Source: Antedon mediterranea
Taxonomy: Eukaryota > Animalia > Echinodermata
Assembly (NCBI RefSeq): GCF_964355755.1
Contig: NC_092673.1
Span: forward strand, 2,914,001-2,978,000
Direction: 5' to 3'
Length of the DNA stretch: 64,000 nt
The stretch's first letter is position 1; the number at the start of each line of letters is the position of its first letter. The notes beneath the pieces are model-generated. The model saw nothing but the letters and a program-made list of their open reading frames with translations, was not told where the DNA came from and ran no database searches. Shown here one piece after another: positions 61,335-64,000 of this stretch. The translations under genes and the position numbers were made by a program.

Positions 61335-63656
61335 TTAAAGTTCTCTTTTCTTGAATTCCTGAAATAGAAAAAAAACAAACATTCTTTGTAAGTTCTTTTT
61401 TAGCTATAACTATGAGTTGTATTTTGAGTCATTTTATACCGATTATATAAACAAAAATAAATTCTTAAAATAATATTTATATTCATTATTTATTAGAGAA
61501 TGTTACATGGTTTTAAGCAATTCAGGCTATGCAAGATTTGCACAACAGAATTTTCACAATTTGAACCCAAACTAATATTATAAAACCTGTGATTCATACA
61601 AATATTTATAAATATATTAAAAGATTACATTTTTATTAGTTACAAAAACAATGGAAATCTGAAAAACCTTATGTAGGCGTAACCAGACCGACCCTAAAAA
61701 TATTTCCTATCCTTAACATTTTTTGGTCTGCTACGCCAACATAACCTTTTTTTTGTTGGCTTTGGGAAAAATTTAATTCTTCGATTATAGGAAATAAGTG
61801 CCTGTCATTATTGTAAACCAAATTAGTGATTCACACAATGCAACCATAGGATCCTACGCTGCCTCGGTACTTGGTTATAAGCAAGTAAATTATTCTATCT
61901 ACTGTACCTCCGCCATCAAGGATCCCATTTGAGCCGGAGACATCGTAACTGCCACGCCAGCTGCTCTTAATGCTTCAATTTTAGCCTCTGCACCTCCTTT
62001 GCCACCAGAGATGATGGCACCAGCGTGACCCATTCTCCTACCTGGTGGCGCCGTGAGGCCTGCGATGAATGATACTACTGGTTTACGATTTTCACCCTAG
62101 GATACAAGTGTCAATTTTAGATATAATGTCCATCTAAAGCTCTGTCTACACAATCTTTATGTGACAAAAAAGTGTGATGTGCCCAAATATGGTAGTGATG
62201 TGCCCAAATATGGTAGTGATGTGCCCAAATATGGTAGTGATGTGCCCAAAAATGGTAGTGATGTTCCCAAATATGGTAGTTACAGTATGTGCCCAAATAT
62301 GGTAGTTATGTGCCCAAATATGGCAGTAATTTGACAACATCATGTCCATATATGGGCACATCACATTCTTTTGTCACATAAAGTTTGATAGTGTTGACTG
62401 AGCTTTATACATTTTGAAAATGGATTTGTCTGGTTATGGTATATGCTGCTGCTTAATACCATAATAAATGTTCTACTAAACAAACCATGTTGTTAGCCTT
62501 TAGGAAATCAGCAGCTTTCTCTTCAGCTCCTCCTCCAATTTCCCCAATAAGAACGATGCCTTCTGTTTCTGGATCCTTAAGGAAGACATCAAGACAATCT
62601 ACAAAGTTGGTTCCATTGAATGGATCTCCACCAATACCTGTCAAATGAAATCAGACTCATTCTTAAGCTTGACCTCCCAGCAAATGTTTGGGTTATACAA
62701 GAGAGGATGGGGTTATACAAGAGGGGATGGGGTTATACAAGAGGGGATGGGGTTATACAAGAGGGGATGGGGTTTACAAGAGGAGATGGGAAGAGGCTCT
62801 GAAAGATGTGTACCCACATGCAAGGAAATCAACAGGATGCTGAGCTCTGGAGTGATCTAAACAGGGACAGCGCAGCGAAGAATATGTACATACTGTAGTA
62901 CAGTACTGTTGGTATATGTCGCAGCCAGACATAAGATTAAAGAACTGTTACCATCCTATCTTGGCAAGGCGAGCTCAGTGTCCTGTTTTTAGATTGCCTT
63001 GCCACATGTATCGTTGGCAGAAAAAGTATGTTTTTAATTTGTTTCCAACCTACCAACACACAGCGACTGGCCAAGTCCAACTGCAGTTGTCTGTGCTACT
63101 GCTTCATATGTTAATGTACCTGATCTTGATACAATACCTATGTTACCAGGTTTGTGGATGTGCCCTGGCATAATACCTATCTTACAAGCACCGGGCTAAA
63201 AAACAAAATAAATTAAATAAATACCAATTAGGTAAAAAATAATTGAGAAAAAAAATTATCTTAAATCTTGAAATAATTATTAAAGATTAAATTATTATTT
63301 TGTATTCTTTATACTATTTACAAGATTTGAAGAAAACTGCTAATTTTGTACTGTATTAGTGTAGTAGTGTATATTACCTTACCTGTTTTTTTGAGCATTT
63401 TAGTAGTTTTGGGAAGGATTTAATAATTAGCATACATACTTACTTTTATTATACCTGGACAGTTTGGGCCTACTAGTCTGGATTTACTTTGCCTTACTAA
63501 CTGATGTTTTACTTTCACCATATCCAACTGTGGAATTCCTTCTGTAATGCATACAATTAGGCCAATCTCAGCATCCATTGCTTCAATAATGGCTTTGGCA
63601 GCAAAAGGTGGTGGAACATATATAACAGTGGCGTCAGCACCAGTCGCTGACTTTGC
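61335..63656 (-). CDS. SUCLG1: Succinate-CoA ligase alpha subunit, last five coding exons (5' exons beyond the window)
   Basis: Exons 63656-63444, 63195-63054, 62637-62486, 62096-61908 and 61358-61335. Motifs [39 protein letters not shown] and [11 protein letters not shown] (phospho-His). Confidence 0.97.
62686..62790. repeat. 20-bp tandem repeat (ggggttatacaagaggggat)n within a dispersed repeat
   Basis: About 5 copies; the adjacent caggatgctgagctctggag...gtcgcagccagacataagat segment recurs at about 43127-43298. Confidence 0.8.
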
Positions 63657-64000
63657 CTAAAAAAGATTTAAAAATAAATGACGTTCAATACATATTTCAT
63701 TTACAATAAATTATTAATTAAAATCAAGATTGTGAGCCATTTGATAAATAGGCAAAATGCCTTAAAATGCCTCACAAGTTTGGTGGTGACATATACAAAT
63801 TATTAATTGTAAATGAATGGTTACAATATATTGCTTACTGTGTAGTCTAGGTTCTAGACCGTAATTAGTAAAAAGATAAATACATTGGCACATATGGCGT
63901 TTCATACGTATAAGACATGAACTTGTATTTTCGTTCTAGTGGTGAGGATGAATATTTCAAAATGACTATTAATTTCGCTATAATAGGTGGTTTCAGTAGG

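Overview
AT-rich, repeat-rich genomic DNA from an invertebrate animal (spliceosomal GT-AG introns, MITEs, SINEs; not prokaryotic). I spliced five housekeeping genes by hand, and exon phases are consistent throughout. They are: the 5' part of an R3HCC1/R3HCC1L-like gene (- strand, runs off the left edge); DNA polymerase lambda (POLL, +, head-to-head with it, 9 coding exons, 587 aa); PLPBP/PROSC (+, 308 aa); mitochondrial Hsp70 HSPA9 (-, 698 aa); and the 3' part of SUCLG1 (-, runs off the right edge). POLL intron 6 is 37,123 bp, whereas its other introns are under 0.7 kb. The main discovery is inside that intron: an intronless, same-strand nested gene (33939-34388, 149 aa). It encodes a PKI-like PKA inhibitor with two RRNAL pseudosubstrate sites and a PKI-spaced NES-like segment. 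Its compact promoter has GC-box, CCAAT, a full CRE and TATA elements, so it is a candidate cAMP-inducible negative-feedback regulator of PKA. Other points of interest are Pol beta/Pol X-like substitutions in the POLL dNTP pocket, a 5S rRNA+tRNA composite SINE, a Penelope-type minimal hammerhead ribozyme, an oriented CGCCCTCT promoter motif that predicts an antisense transcript, and a transposon carrying about 20 C/EBP palindromes in HSPA9 intron 1. No database searches were run; family assignments come from recalled motifs, and repeat boundaries are approximate.
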